NCBI GenBank assembly: GCA_964480515.1
Contig: CAYZOT010000005.1
Coordinates: 18,674-82,673 of the forward strand
Direction: 5' to 3'
Source: an uncultured Gemmatimonadota bacterium
Lineage (GTDB): Bacteria; Gemmatimonadota; Gemmatimonadetes; Palauibacterales; Palauibacteraceae
DNA: 64,000 nucleotides
In this document: positions 48,668 through 57,646 of the stretch, one piece after another
How positions within the stretch are numbered: the first letter of the stretch is position 1
Layout of the letters: every line of letters starts with the position of its first letter
Program-made: the position numbers and the translations under genes
Notes under the pieces: generated by a model
Seen by the model: only the letters and a program-made list of their open reading frames with translations
What the model was told of the DNA's origin: nothing
The model's database searches: none

Positions 48668-49621
48668 TTACAATGGTCCAGTCGACTGTGTTTGTATTTC
48701 GGCAAGGATTTGTTCGAACAAGGCTCCTGCGCGATGTGCTCCAAGATTGCATAGATAAATGTGTTTAATCCCGAGCTTGCGTAGCGCGATGATGGCATTG
48801 GCGCAGTGTTTCACAGGGCTTATGCCTGATTCAAACTCCGCTGCTATTTCGTCAACAGGAACTGGTAAGAAGCTAGACAGGCGTTTGAGCGAATCGCGTC
48901 GGCCATTCCGATAGAAAAAGACTCCGAAGGCTCCCGGGATATTGAGGCCCGCGTCGTCGGTCGCGCGCAGCCACCTCTCTACCATGGGAAGTTCGTGCTG
49001 TGAGACAACTTGAGTCAGGTAATAGTCTGCTTCGAAGTTGGGGTCCATGACAAACTGGATTTGTTCATCGGTCGGGTGGTGTGGGTTTACCCAACCACCC
49101 AAGGCCATCCCAGGTGCCCGTTCACGGAGTTGTTGCCTGAGTTCATATGAGTGCGGCACACAGCGTGCGGCGCCTATCACATCGCCCCCAACAACAGTTA
49201 AGGCGTCGAGCCCTCCTAGCTGTGCACGATCTCCATAGTGAAGGCAGTACTCCAGTGAATGCTTGGTGGTTAGAAAAGGGACCAGCCGCCAAGGCTCTAC
49301 CTCACTGGTGAGATTTATCGTGAGATGTTGCAGGTTTTCTTCCTCCTCTTGCCCAACTGTATTATCGGTGAGCATGAGAAAGGCGTCACGAGACACGACG
49401 CGACGGACAGAATGGGAAAGATCAATCCAGCTGTCTATTGCCCCGCTTCGTGTGAGATCACTTCGAGGCGGACGAAGTTCAACGCCGATGAGCGGTTTGT
49501 TAGACTGCAGGCGCTCAAGAAACCGAGTCGGTTCTGGCGTACTACTGTTCAAATTGGAATCACTGTGCATTGAGTAAACATAGCTCGACGTTGCAAAGAA
49601 TGCCGACGAGTTACAGAGCAT
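48668..49621 (-). CDS. Methylenetetrahydrofolate reductase (MetF)-like protein
   Basis: 317 aa. PLIGVELRPP resembles the MetF FSFEFFPP region. YYLTQVVSQ resembles ITQFFFD. NIPGAFGVFF resembles IIPGILPV. The C-terminal GIKHIYLCNLG resembles GVKDFHFYTLNR. The true start may be the internal Met at 49570. It is convergent with the yitJ-like gene. Confidence 0.5.
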   Translation of the reverse strand: MLCNSSAFFATSSYVYSMHSDSNLNSSTPEPTRFLERLQSNKPLIGVELRPPRSDLTRSGAIDSWIDLSHSVRRVVSRDAFLMLTDNTVGQEEEENLQHLTINLTSEVEPWRLVPFLTTKHSLEYCLHYGDRAQLGGLDALTVVGGDVIGAARCVPHSYELRQQLRERAPGMALGGWVNPHHPTDEQIQFVMDPNFEADYYLTQVVSQHELPMVERWLRATDDAGLNIPGAFGVFFYRNGRRDSLKRLSSFLPVPVDEIAAEFESGISPVKHCANAIIALRKLGIKHIYLCNLGAHRAGALFEQILAEIQTQSTGPL

Positions 49622-49725
49622 ACAACTCTAGTAAATATTACCTATCAGGTGTAGAACCCTTTGTGTCGGTAGATTCATAGCCAGTAGTGAATGGATTTTC
49701 TGTGATTTTATGAGGAGGTCAATAG

Positions 49726-50223
49726 ATGTCTGTCCCTAGTAATGACCTTCTGACCTTGTTAGCTCGAACACCGGCCACTGTTCGAACAATCTTAGAAGAC
49801 CTTCCTGAACATCTTCTTCATGCAAGTGTGGGAGAGGGTGGATCAAGCCCCGTTATTGCGCTTACGCGCTTAATCCAAGGTGAGATGGACAATTGGATTC
49901 TGCTAGAAGAGAGTGTTGGACTGTCTGAAATTATCGAATCTGCAAAGCACACCCGTCTCACACAGGATCATTCGCTTGACGAAATGCTTGCTCAGTTTTC
50001 GAATTTGCGAAAAACGACTCTAATCGCCTTTAGTAGACTGCTCGAAGGTGGAAAAGATTTGGATGGTGACTGTACACAACAAGGCTTGAGGGATGGTACC
50101 CTTCAAGAACTGCTTGCGACTTATGCTGTTAACGATCTAACCCACATCGCTCGCATCGTTCGCACAGTCGCTGCCCAATTTGACGATGGTGCAGTTCATG
50201 GAAGCAATACGAACCGATCCTGA
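49726..50223 (+). CDS. Small hypothetical protein, possibly DinB/YfiT-like four-helix-bundle superfamily
   Basis: 165 aa with a good GAGGAGG RBS. Predicted helical. There is weak resemblance to the DinB_2/mycothiol-dependent isomerase N-terminal fold (LEDLPEHLL and NDLTHIARI). Low confidence. Confidence 0.3.
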   Translation: MSVPSNDLLTLLARTPATVRTILEDLPEHLLHASVGEGGSSPVIALTRLIQGEMDNWILLEESVGLSEIIESAKHTRLTQDHSLDEMLAQFSNLRKTTLIAFSRLLEGGKDLDGDCTQQGLRDGTLQELLATYAVNDLTHIARIVRTVAAQFDDGAVHGSNTNRS

Positions 50224-50333
50224 GCCCGGATATCTGAGTGGCAGCAACTTACTAGGGAAGCGGAATGGCGCTATTGTGGATGGACTGCACAGATGAGGTG
50301 TCCGCACAAAATGAATATCATTCTGGAGGTATC

Positions 50334-52415
50334 ATGAAGAGATTATGGGTCCGTCGCGCGTATAGTTGTTCTACTCTCCTCTGTGCTCTACTCATTTCGA
50401 CGAGTGGAGTTGCTCGTGCACAGGGAAAAGAGGCCACGAACATCTTCGGACCGGCCGATGTGTTCGAACTCGAGTATGTGGCCGATCCGCAGATCTCAAG
50501 AGATGGATTGCAGGTTGTCTACGTGCGGACATTTCTTGACATCATGACCGACAGGGAACGCAGCAATCTGTGGATCGTGAATTACGATGGATCAGAACAC
50601 CGTCCCCTTCTCACAGGGCAGCAGAACTTTTCTTCGCCGCGTTGGTCGCCCGATGGCTCCAGGTTGCTCTATGTCACGAGTGACGAGAACGGAAAACAAC
50701 AACTATTTCTTCGCTGGATGGATACCGGACAGACTGCCATGCTTACGCACCTTGAGCGTGGTCCAACTGGTGTTTCATGGTCACCGGATGGGGAGAAAAT
50801 CGCGTTCAGTATGTTTGTCCCTGACGCAATCAATCCATTTGCGGAGCTTCCCACCAAACCGGATGGGGCAGATTGGGCGCCGCCTGCCAAAACCTATGAA
50901 CGACTAATCTACCGGGCGGACGGGGCAGGTTTCCTCCCGCTGGGTCACTCTCAGATTTTCGTGCTGCCAGTCGAAGGAGGGACACCTCGCCAACTCACAG
51001 ATGGGCCATATGATCACGGAGGCGGCCTCGAATGGACGCCTGATTCGCAGTATCTGATCGTTTCGGCTAACCGACGTGAGGACTGGGAATACCATGCAAG
51101 TGACTCAGAGATATACGAGATCGAAATTGACGAAGGTGAAGTGCGCCAGCTCACGGATCGTCGGGGGCCAGACGGTGGACCAGCATTGTCGCCCGATGGC
51201 CGAAAGATCGCTTACCTAGGGTATGACGATCGCTTCCTGGGTCACCAGGTCTCGAAGCTCTACATCATGAATCGAGATGGAAGTGATCCTCGTATGATTG
51301 CCGATGACCTGGATCGTTCGATAGGGAACCTGCAGTGGGCTGGTGATGGTCAAGGAATTTTCGTTCAATACGATACTGAAGGAAATACTCGTCTTGCTCA
51401 CGTCAATTTGAACGGATCCGTCACCGATCTTGCCTCGGACGTGCAGGGCCTTTCGCTTGGGCGACCCTATGGTGGCGGAACCTTCACTGTGTCCGTGAAT
51501 GGGCGTTTTGCGTTTACGTATGGGACACCCGGTCACCCAGCTGACCTTGCAGTGGGTTCACCTGATACCGAACCGACCAGATTGACGTGGGTGAACGAAG
51601 ACCTCTTTGAACAGAAGCAGATCGGTGACGTTGAGGAGGTTTGGTATGAATCCTCCCACGATGGACTCCCAATCCAGGGTTGGATTGCGAAACCGCCAGG
51701 ATTCGATTCGAACAAGAAGTATCCACTCATACTCGAAATTCATGGAGGACCGTTCTCGAACTATGGGGACCGGTTTAGTGCAGAAGTTCAACTCTATGCG
51801 TCAGCGGGCTACGTCGTCTTGTATACCAATCCACGTGGAAGCACGAGTTATGGAGAGGACTTCGGAAACGAAATTCACCACGCGTATCCAGGAAACGATT
51901 TTTATGATCTGATGTCAGGAGTTGATGAGGTGATTCGCCGTGGGTATGTGGATGAGGAGCAACTGTTTGTGACCGGTGGTTCGGGGGGCGGAGTGTTGAC
52001 AGCGTGGATTGTAAGTCACACGGATCGGTTTGCAGCAGCCGCTTCTCAGAAGCCGGTAATTAACTGGTATAGTTGGGTCCTTACCGCAGATATGGGTGGA
52101 ACGAGCGGGCTAAATTACTGGTTCCCCGATAAACCATGGAACGCACTTGAACACTACATGGACCGTTCGCCGATTCACCACGTTGCAAACGTCAAGACAC
52201 CGACCATGCTGATTACGGGTGAAGTGGACTGGCGGACTCCGATGTCTGAGTCTGAGCAGTTCTATCAGGCTCTCAAGATCCAACAAATTCCGTCAGCGCT
52301 CGTTCGCATTCCGGAGGCATCTCATGGAATTGGGGCACGTCCAAGCCATATGATCTCGAAAGTCCAACACATACTGGCTTGGTTTGAACGCTATCGGACT
52401 TCTGGGAAGATGTAA
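50334..52415 (+). CDS. S9 family serine peptidase with TolB-like propeller, secreted (close paralogue of the 13760..15775 gene)
   Basis: Start moved to the ATG at 50334 (signal peptide MKRLWVRRAYSCSTLLCALLISTSGVARAQ, GGAGG RBS; ORF-track start 50265). EIHGGPFSNYGDRFSAEVQLYASAGYVVLYTNPRGSTSYGEDFG is nearly identical to the 13760 paralogue. The GxSxG elbow is GGSGGG, and the catalytic region is TGEVDWRTP...PEASHG. Confidence 0.85.
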   Translation: MKRLWVRRAYSCSTLLCALLISTSGVARAQGKEATNIFGPADVFELEYVADPQISRDGLQVVYVRTFLDIMTDRERSNLWIVNYDGSEHRPLLTGQQNFSSPRWSPDGSRLLYVTSDENGKQQLFLRWMDTGQTAMLTHLERGPTGVSWSPDGEKIAFSMFVPDAINPFAELPTKPDGADWAPPAKTYERLIYRADGAGFLPLGHSQIFVLPVEGGTPRQLTDGPYDHGGGLEWTPDSQYLIVSANRREDWEYHASDSEIYEIEIDEGEVRQLTDRRGPDGGPALSPDGRKIAYLGYDDRFLGHQVSKLYIMNRDGSDPRMIADDLDRSIGNLQWAGDGQGIFVQYDTEGNTRLAHVNLNGSVTDLASDVQGLSLGRPYGGGTFTVSVNGRFAFTYGTPGHPADLAVGSPDTEPTRLTWVNEDLFEQKQIGDVEEVWYESSHDGLPIQGWIAKPPGFDSNKKYPLILEIHGGPFSNYGDRFSAEVQLYASAGYVVLYTNPRGSTSYGEDFGNEIHHAYPGNDFYDLMSGVDEVIRRGYVDEEQLFVTGGSGGGVLTAWIVSHTDRFAAAASQKPVINWYSWVLTADMGGTSGLNYWFPDKPWNALEHYMDRSPIHHVANVKTPTMLITGEVDWRTPMSESEQFYQALKIQQIPSALVRIPEASHGIGARPSHMISKVQHILAWFERYRTSGKM

Positions 52416-54328
52416 TGGGTCGATTCCGTGGAGATGACCTAGGGCTTGATCAGGCGATTACTCGTCGTGACTTCGTTAATGTCGCGGGAGCAGGCCTCGC
52501 TGCCTCAACGCTTTTGGCCTGTGGCCTCGATGGGCCTGTGGGGGACAGGTCGGTTGCAGTAGACCCATGGTCAGATGTCTTGGGGTCTGACTGGTATGGG
52601 CCAGGTGGGGTTGGGGATTATGCGTCTTCGCATGGGAATACGCCCGAAGTCGTGAAGGCAGCCCATCGTCTACGAGATGCTCGTCACCCAGCACCTAACG
52701 GTGCCATCGATACAGGGGAACATTTTGATGTGGTGATTGTTGGCGGAGGGTTAGCAGGTTTGTCAGCCGCACACCATTTCAAACGATTACACCCATCAGG
52801 CCACTGCCTCGTGATTGACAACCACCCCATTTTTGGGGGCGAAGCGAAGCGCAATGAACTCGAGGTCGATGGCGTTCGGTTAATAGGCCCTCAAGGTTCA
52901 AACGACTTCGGAGTCAGGCCCGCGACCGGCGAGCCCGATGACTACTTCACTGCACTTGGAATTCCCCGGGAGTTTGAATACGCGCCCTGGGATGGTGATG
53001 TTCGGGTTCCCTTAGAGAACTATGGTTTTATGCATTGGGTGGAGGATCAGTTCTCGGTGGGCCATTTCTTCGGGGAATCAGGGGGCGATGGCTGGATTCG
53101 GAGACTATGGGAGGATCCATCACAGGCTCCATGGTCGGCCGAGTTGCGTAATGGGTTTGCCAAATGGAGAAGTGCTAAAGTCAATGATCACCGCCCGACG
53201 GGCGCGACCCCGGAGGATCTGGAGTGGCTCGATCGCATAACCCTCAAAGAGTACTACGAGAATTTATTGGGCCTTCCGCCGGAGGTGACAGCATATGTAG
53301 ATCCCATCCTGGCCAGCATCATTGGGCTTGGCTGTGACGTAGTCTCTGCATGGTGGGGGCATCATTTCGCGCTCCCCGGCTTCGGCCTTCCGTCACGGTA
53401 CGACGATCAAGCTTTTCACTCATTCCCCGGCGGGAACACGGGCATCGCTCGCTATTTCGTGAAAGATGTTATTCCGGATGCGATCGACGGTAAGGTGGAA
53501 TTTGGTGATGTCATCGGTGGACAGATCGACTTCGGGGCGCTCGATAAAGCGGGAGAAACTGTCCGCATTCGATTGGCTTCGTCCGTCATTGATGTTCGTC
53601 ATATAGGAGGACGAGACGCGGGCGAACGTGTTCGTGTGTCCTACTTGCACGAGGGCCGGACCTACACAGTCGAAGCCTCTGGAGTGGTCATGGCATCGGG
53701 CGGCTGGATGAACCGCTATGTCGTAGGGGATTTGCCTGACGAACATCGGGCGGCCTACGAAACATTCCGTCATGGTCCAATTCTCGTGGCCAATGTGGGG
53801 CTCCGAAACTGGCGTTTTCTCGAGCGTCTTGGAATCGCCGCTTGTATTTACGAGGGGGACTTAGGTTTCTCCTGCAATATTCGGCGTCCGATGTATGCTG
53901 GTGAATACCGGCCCCCGTTTGGTCCGGATCACCCAACCATGCTCACGTTTTATATAACATTCGAGAGACCAGGATTGTCGGCAGTAGAGCAAGGGATTGT
54001 CGGTCGTACCGAGCTCCTAAGTACTCCGTTTGCAGAATATGAGCGCCGATTACGGGAACAGATGGTAACCCTGTTCGGGGAGGCAGGTTTCGACCCCGCG
54101 GAGGACATCGGAGGTTTGGTGCTAAACCGTTGGGGCCATGCTTATGTGGCTCCAGGCCCAGGGTTTTTCTTTGGGCAAGGTGGTGCCCCCGCGCCACCGG
54201 ATGTGATTCGAGAACCTTTTGGGCGTATCTCGATCGGTCATTCAGAACTCCGCGGACACCAGAACTGGACGGGTGCGGCAGCGGAAGGGCGACGGGCGCT
54301 TGAGGAAGTTCTGGAAAGGGTATCTTAG
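52415..54328 (+). CDS. Tat-secreted FAD-dependent oxidoreductase (amine-oxidase/spermidine-dehydrogenase-like)
   Basis: 637 aa. The twin-arginine signal is ITRRDFVNVAGAGLAASTLLA. The Rossmann dinucleotide motif is DVVIVGGGLAGLSAAHH. The start overlaps the S9 peptidase stop (ATGTAATG). The specific substrate class is not determinable from sequence alone. Confidence 0.65.
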   Translation: MGRFRGDDLGLDQAITRRDFVNVAGAGLAASTLLACGLDGPVGDRSVAVDPWSDVLGSDWYGPGGVGDYASSHGNTPEVVKAAHRLRDARHPAPNGAIDTGEHFDVVIVGGGLAGLSAAHHFKRLHPSGHCLVIDNHPIFGGEAKRNELEVDGVRLIGPQGSNDFGVRPATGEPDDYFTALGIPREFEYAPWDGDVRVPLENYGFMHWVEDQFSVGHFFGESGGDGWIRRLWEDPSQAPWSAELRNGFAKWRSAKVNDHRPTGATPEDLEWLDRITLKEYYENLLGLPPEVTAYVDPILASIIGLGCDVVSAWWGHHFALPGFGLPSRYDDQAFHSFPGGNTGIARYFVKDVIPDAIDGKVEFGDVIGGQIDFGALDKAGETVRIRLASSVIDVRHIGGRDAGERVRVSYLHEGRTYTVEASGVVMASGGWMNRYVVGDLPDEHRAAYETFRHGPILVANVGLRNWRFLERLGIAACIYEGDLGFSCNIRRPMYAGEYRPPFGPDHPTMLTFYITFERPGLSAVEQGIVGRTELLSTPFAEYERRLREQMVTLFGEAGFDPAEDIGGLVLNRWGHAYVAPGPGFFFGQGGAPAPPDVIREPFGRISIGHSELRGHQNWTGAAAEGRRALEEVLERVS

Positions 54329-54473
54329 GCACACACTGCCGGAGGAGGATGATTCCCTCAACGTGTGGTGTTAGTAAAACTTCCTGATAGTCTGTGAAGC
54401 ATGACTTAGCTTTACGCTAGGCGGTTCTATTGTGAAGGGTCTCGGTCGCCAAACATTTTTTGAGGGAGGTCTG

Positions 54474-56972
54474 ATGCGGGTTCGATCACTCGCGCTTCTT
54501 GCGCTGGTTATTGCATTTCCGGTTTGGTTGGGGTCCTCGTTCCGCGTAGAACCCAATGCGTTTAGTGAAGGCTTTGCAGCCCCCACGACTGATACTCTGA
54601 GAGCTCCTGGGCTTCAAGCCGGAGTTGAGATCCTTAAGGATTTATGGGGCATTTCACACATCTACGCTCAAACTGAACATGATCTCTTTTTTGCGCAGGG
54701 TTACAGTGCGGCTCGGGACCGTATCTTCCAGTTTGAAGTTTGGCGACGTCAGGCGACTGGAACAGTTTCAGAAATTTTGGGGCCGCGTGAACTTGAGCGA
54801 GACCGAGGGGCGCGTTTGTTCCGCTTCCGAAAGGACATCGAGACGGAGCTTGATTTCTATCACCCACGAGGTGGAGAGATTATTCGGGCTTTCGTTGATG
54901 GGGTAAACGCTTACATCGAAGAAACAGAACGGAATCCCGATTTGCTTCCGGTCGAATTCGACATTCTAGGGATCCAGCCTCAGCCTTGGACTCCTGAGGT
55001 GGTGATCTCACGGCATCAAGGACTTCTTGGCAATATTGGGCAAGAGTTGTCGTTGGGCATTTCGGTCGCGGCGGTCGGGTCAGAGAAAGTTAAAGAGATT
55101 GAGTACTTTCATCCGGGTGAACCAGATCTCACTATAGATCCGGCCATTGATGCTTCGCTGCTGAAATCTGAAATCCTCGATGTTTATCGTGCGTTCAGAG
55201 GTCCCATGCGGTTCCGACCTGAAGATGTGCAGCCTGTGTATCGACCTTCCCAAGAGGAAATGGGTGCACTCCCTGGGGGGGGCAAAGCCCTCGACAACAT
55301 CCCCGTGTTCCCAGGTGTCAATGCTCCCTTCGCTCCGGCTGAGAGAGCGCTCTTGGGGAGTAACAACTGGGTCGTATCCGGACAGAGGACGCTTAGTGGG
55401 AACCCGATCATGGCGAACGATCCACATCGTGTGCAGGCAGCTCCATCACTGCGCTACCTGGTTCACCTTGTCGGTCCAGGCTGGGATGTAATAGGGGGTG
55501 GAGAGCCCGTGCTTCCGGGAATATCAATTGGCCATAATCAGCATGGAGCGTGGGGTCTGACGGTATTCTCGACCGATGCCGAAGATTTGTATGTGTATGA
55601 CACACATCCAGATGATCCGAATCGTTATCGGTATGAGGGCGACTGGGAGGCGATGCGTGTTATCGAAGATGCAATCCCTGTTAAGGGCCAAGATGATGCA
55701 AAGGTGCAGCACAAGTTTACTCGTCACGGGCCTGTCGTATATGAAGATCGACAGAACCGTGTGGCGTATGCGGTACGAGCTGGCTGGATGGAGTTCGGTG
55801 GCGCTCCATACCTGGCAAGTCTTCGGATGGACCAAGCTACAACGTGGGAAGAGTTTCGTGAGGCTTGCAATTATAGCCACATTCCAGGTGAAAATATGGT
55901 CTGGGCCGACAGTGAGGGTAACATCGGTTGGCAGGCTGTCGGCATTGCCCCAATCCGTCGAAACTGGAGTGGTTTAGTGCCCGTACCAGGTGATGGCCGG
56001 TATGAGTGGGATGGATATCTTGAGATTAAGCACAAGCCAAACGTGTACAACCCAACTAAGGGGTATTGGGCTACGGCCAACGAAAACCTCGTTCCGCCTA
56101 AATACGAGCACCGCGACGCTGTTGGATGGAGCTGGAGTGATCCATTCAGAAGTGCCCGAATAGGCGAAGTGTTGAGCTCGGGCCGGCGGTTTACGATGGC
56201 AGAGATGATGCAGCTCGCTACGGACTACGTTTCACTTCCGGCCAGGTCACTCGTGCCAATGTTGCGCGGCATCGAATTGAACGGGCAGGTGGAAGAGGCT
56301 CGAGATCAACTTTTGGATTGGAATTTTGAGCTCGGACCTGGATCGCGAAAAGCCGCTATATATGTAGCATGGGAGCGAGAACTTCAGGGAAGTGTCATGA
56401 ACCTCGCGATTCCGACAGAGATCCGAGGCCTGCTCGGATTTGTGTCGATGAAGAAGATGATTGATTGGTTAGGGTCTCCTCCAATCTGGTTTTCTGAGTT
56501 GGGTGAAGGTGATCCAGTTATGGGTCGCGACCGATTCCTGGCGCAGACGTTTACAGAGGCTCTCGAGGAGCTTTCCGATCGATTTGGGGAATCTCCTTGG
56601 GAATATGGATCAGAGAAATTCAAACACATTCGGCTTCGTCACCCTCTGTCAGGAGCTGTCAACGAGGAGACTCGTGCACGACTAGAAGTCGGCCCCATGG
56701 TTCGCGGTGGCAATGGATTCACGGTGAATCAAACTGGTTTCGGGGACAATCAAACATCAGGCGCCTCATTTCGGCTCATAGCGGAGGCAGGAGATTGGGA
56801 TACCGCAGTCTTCACCAACACTCCAGGACAGTCGGGGGATCCGGACGACCCAATGTACCGTAATCTTTTTGAAGGTTGGGCCAAGGACCGATTTTTCCCA
56901 CTTTACTACACGCGCGACAAAATCGAATCAGTGGTTGCGGATCGAATATGGCTTACGACACCTGGTAAGTGA
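54474..56972 (+). CDS. Ntn-hydrolase of the penicillin-acylase (S45) family (penicillin/acyl-homoserine-lactone/N-acyl-amide acylase-like), secreted
   Basis: Start moved to the ATG at 54474 (signal peptide MRVRSLALLALVIAFPVWLG, GGAGG RBS; ORF-track start 54432). The beta-subunit N-terminal nucleophile context is GSNNWVVSG (S-N-x-W), with typical length and alpha-spacer-beta organisation. Confidence 0.85.
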   Translation: MRVRSLALLALVIAFPVWLGSSFRVEPNAFSEGFAAPTTDTLRAPGLQAGVEILKDLWGISHIYAQTEHDLFFAQGYSAARDRIFQFEVWRRQATGTVSEILGPRELERDRGARLFRFRKDIETELDFYHPRGGEIIRAFVDGVNAYIEETERNPDLLPVEFDILGIQPQPWTPEVVISRHQGLLGNIGQELSLGISVAAVGSEKVKEIEYFHPGEPDLTIDPAIDASLLKSEILDVYRAFRGPMRFRPEDVQPVYRPSQEEMGALPGGGKALDNIPVFPGVNAPFAPAERALLGSNNWVVSGQRTLSGNPIMANDPHRVQAAPSLRYLVHLVGPGWDVIGGGEPVLPGISIGHNQHGAWGLTVFSTDAEDLYVYDTHPDDPNRYRYEGDWEAMRVIEDAIPVKGQDDAKVQHKFTRHGPVVYEDRQNRVAYAVRAGWMEFGGAPYLASLRMDQATTWEEFREACNYSHIPGENMVWADSEGNIGWQAVGIAPIRRNWSGLVPVPGDGRYEWDGYLEIKHKPNVYNPTKGYWATANENLVPPKYEHRDAVGWSWSDPFRSARIGEVLSSGRRFTMAEMMQLATDYVSLPARSLVPMLRGIELNGQVEEARDQLLDWNFELGPGSRKAAIYVAWERELQGSVMNLAIPTEIRGLLGFVSMKKMIDWLGSPPIWFSELGEGDPVMGRDRFLAQTFTEALEELSDRFGESPWEYGSEKFKHIRLRHPLSGAVNEETRARLEVGPMVRGGNGFTVNQTGFGDNQTSGASFRLIAEAGDWDTAVFTNTPGQSGDPDDPMYRNLFEGWAKDRFFPLYYTRDKIESVVADRIWLTTPGK

Positions 56973-57144
56973 TTACGGTTATGTTGTGAGTCAGCGGAAG
57001 TTCTATTAGGCCAACAATTTGCAGATGTAAAGCACTATAAAAATATAGTCTCCGACATATCCTCATCCACATGGATATGATATAGTTGTCATGTGAGTTT
57101 TTCGCGTGAGGGGCTCCTTTGATCACCAGGGTACGGAATAGAAA

Positions 57145-57564
57145 ATGAAAGCCGGTATACATCCAGAATACGCAGCGGCCAAGATTACCTGCGCTTGTGG
57201 GCGGGTAACTGAGACCTTTTCGACGGTTGGTGAGATTCATGTCGAGATTTGTTCCCACTGCCACCCGTTCTTCACGGGGCGTCAAAAGCTAGTTGATACG
57301 GCGGGTCGAGTTGAGCGCTTCAAGGCGAAGTATGGCGAATCGCAGACACCAAAAAAGAAGAAGAAGTCGAAGGCAAAGGGTGAGGCGCCCGAAGTAGAGG
57401 CTGAGTCCCAAGACTCTACGGCGGAAGTAGACAGAGAAATCTCTGCCCCTGATCATGCCGACAATGATGCGGACACCGGTGTCGTAACGGCTGACGAAGG
57501 CTCTGATGCGGTGAGTCCAGAGGCCTCGGATGAGGCTGAAGAGGAGTCCCCGGCGGCTTCCTGA
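57145..57564 (+). CDS. rpmE: 50S ribosomal protein L31 (Zn-ribbon type) with long acidic C-terminal extension
   Basis: MKAGIHPEY... and the Cys motifs CACG...[10 protein letters not shown] are diagnostic of L31 type A. The canonical L31 sequence ends near residue 75. It is followed by a lysine run (KKKKKSKAK) and a ~55-aa Asp/Glu/Ser/Ala-rich tail. Confidence 0.9.
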   Translation: MKAGIHPEYAAAKITCACGRVTETFSTVGEIHVEICSHCHPFFTGRQKLVDTAGRVERFKAKYGESQTPKKKKKSKAKGEAPEVEAESQDSTAEVDREISAPDHADNDADTGVVTADEGSDAVSPEASDEAEEESPAAS

Positions 57565-57646
57565 GAAGCGCCCCGAGTTCGCGTGGCGTTCCTTCCCTCT
57601 GTCGATCGAGGCTGTTTCGTAAAACTCGATCCGAGACTTGAGCCCA

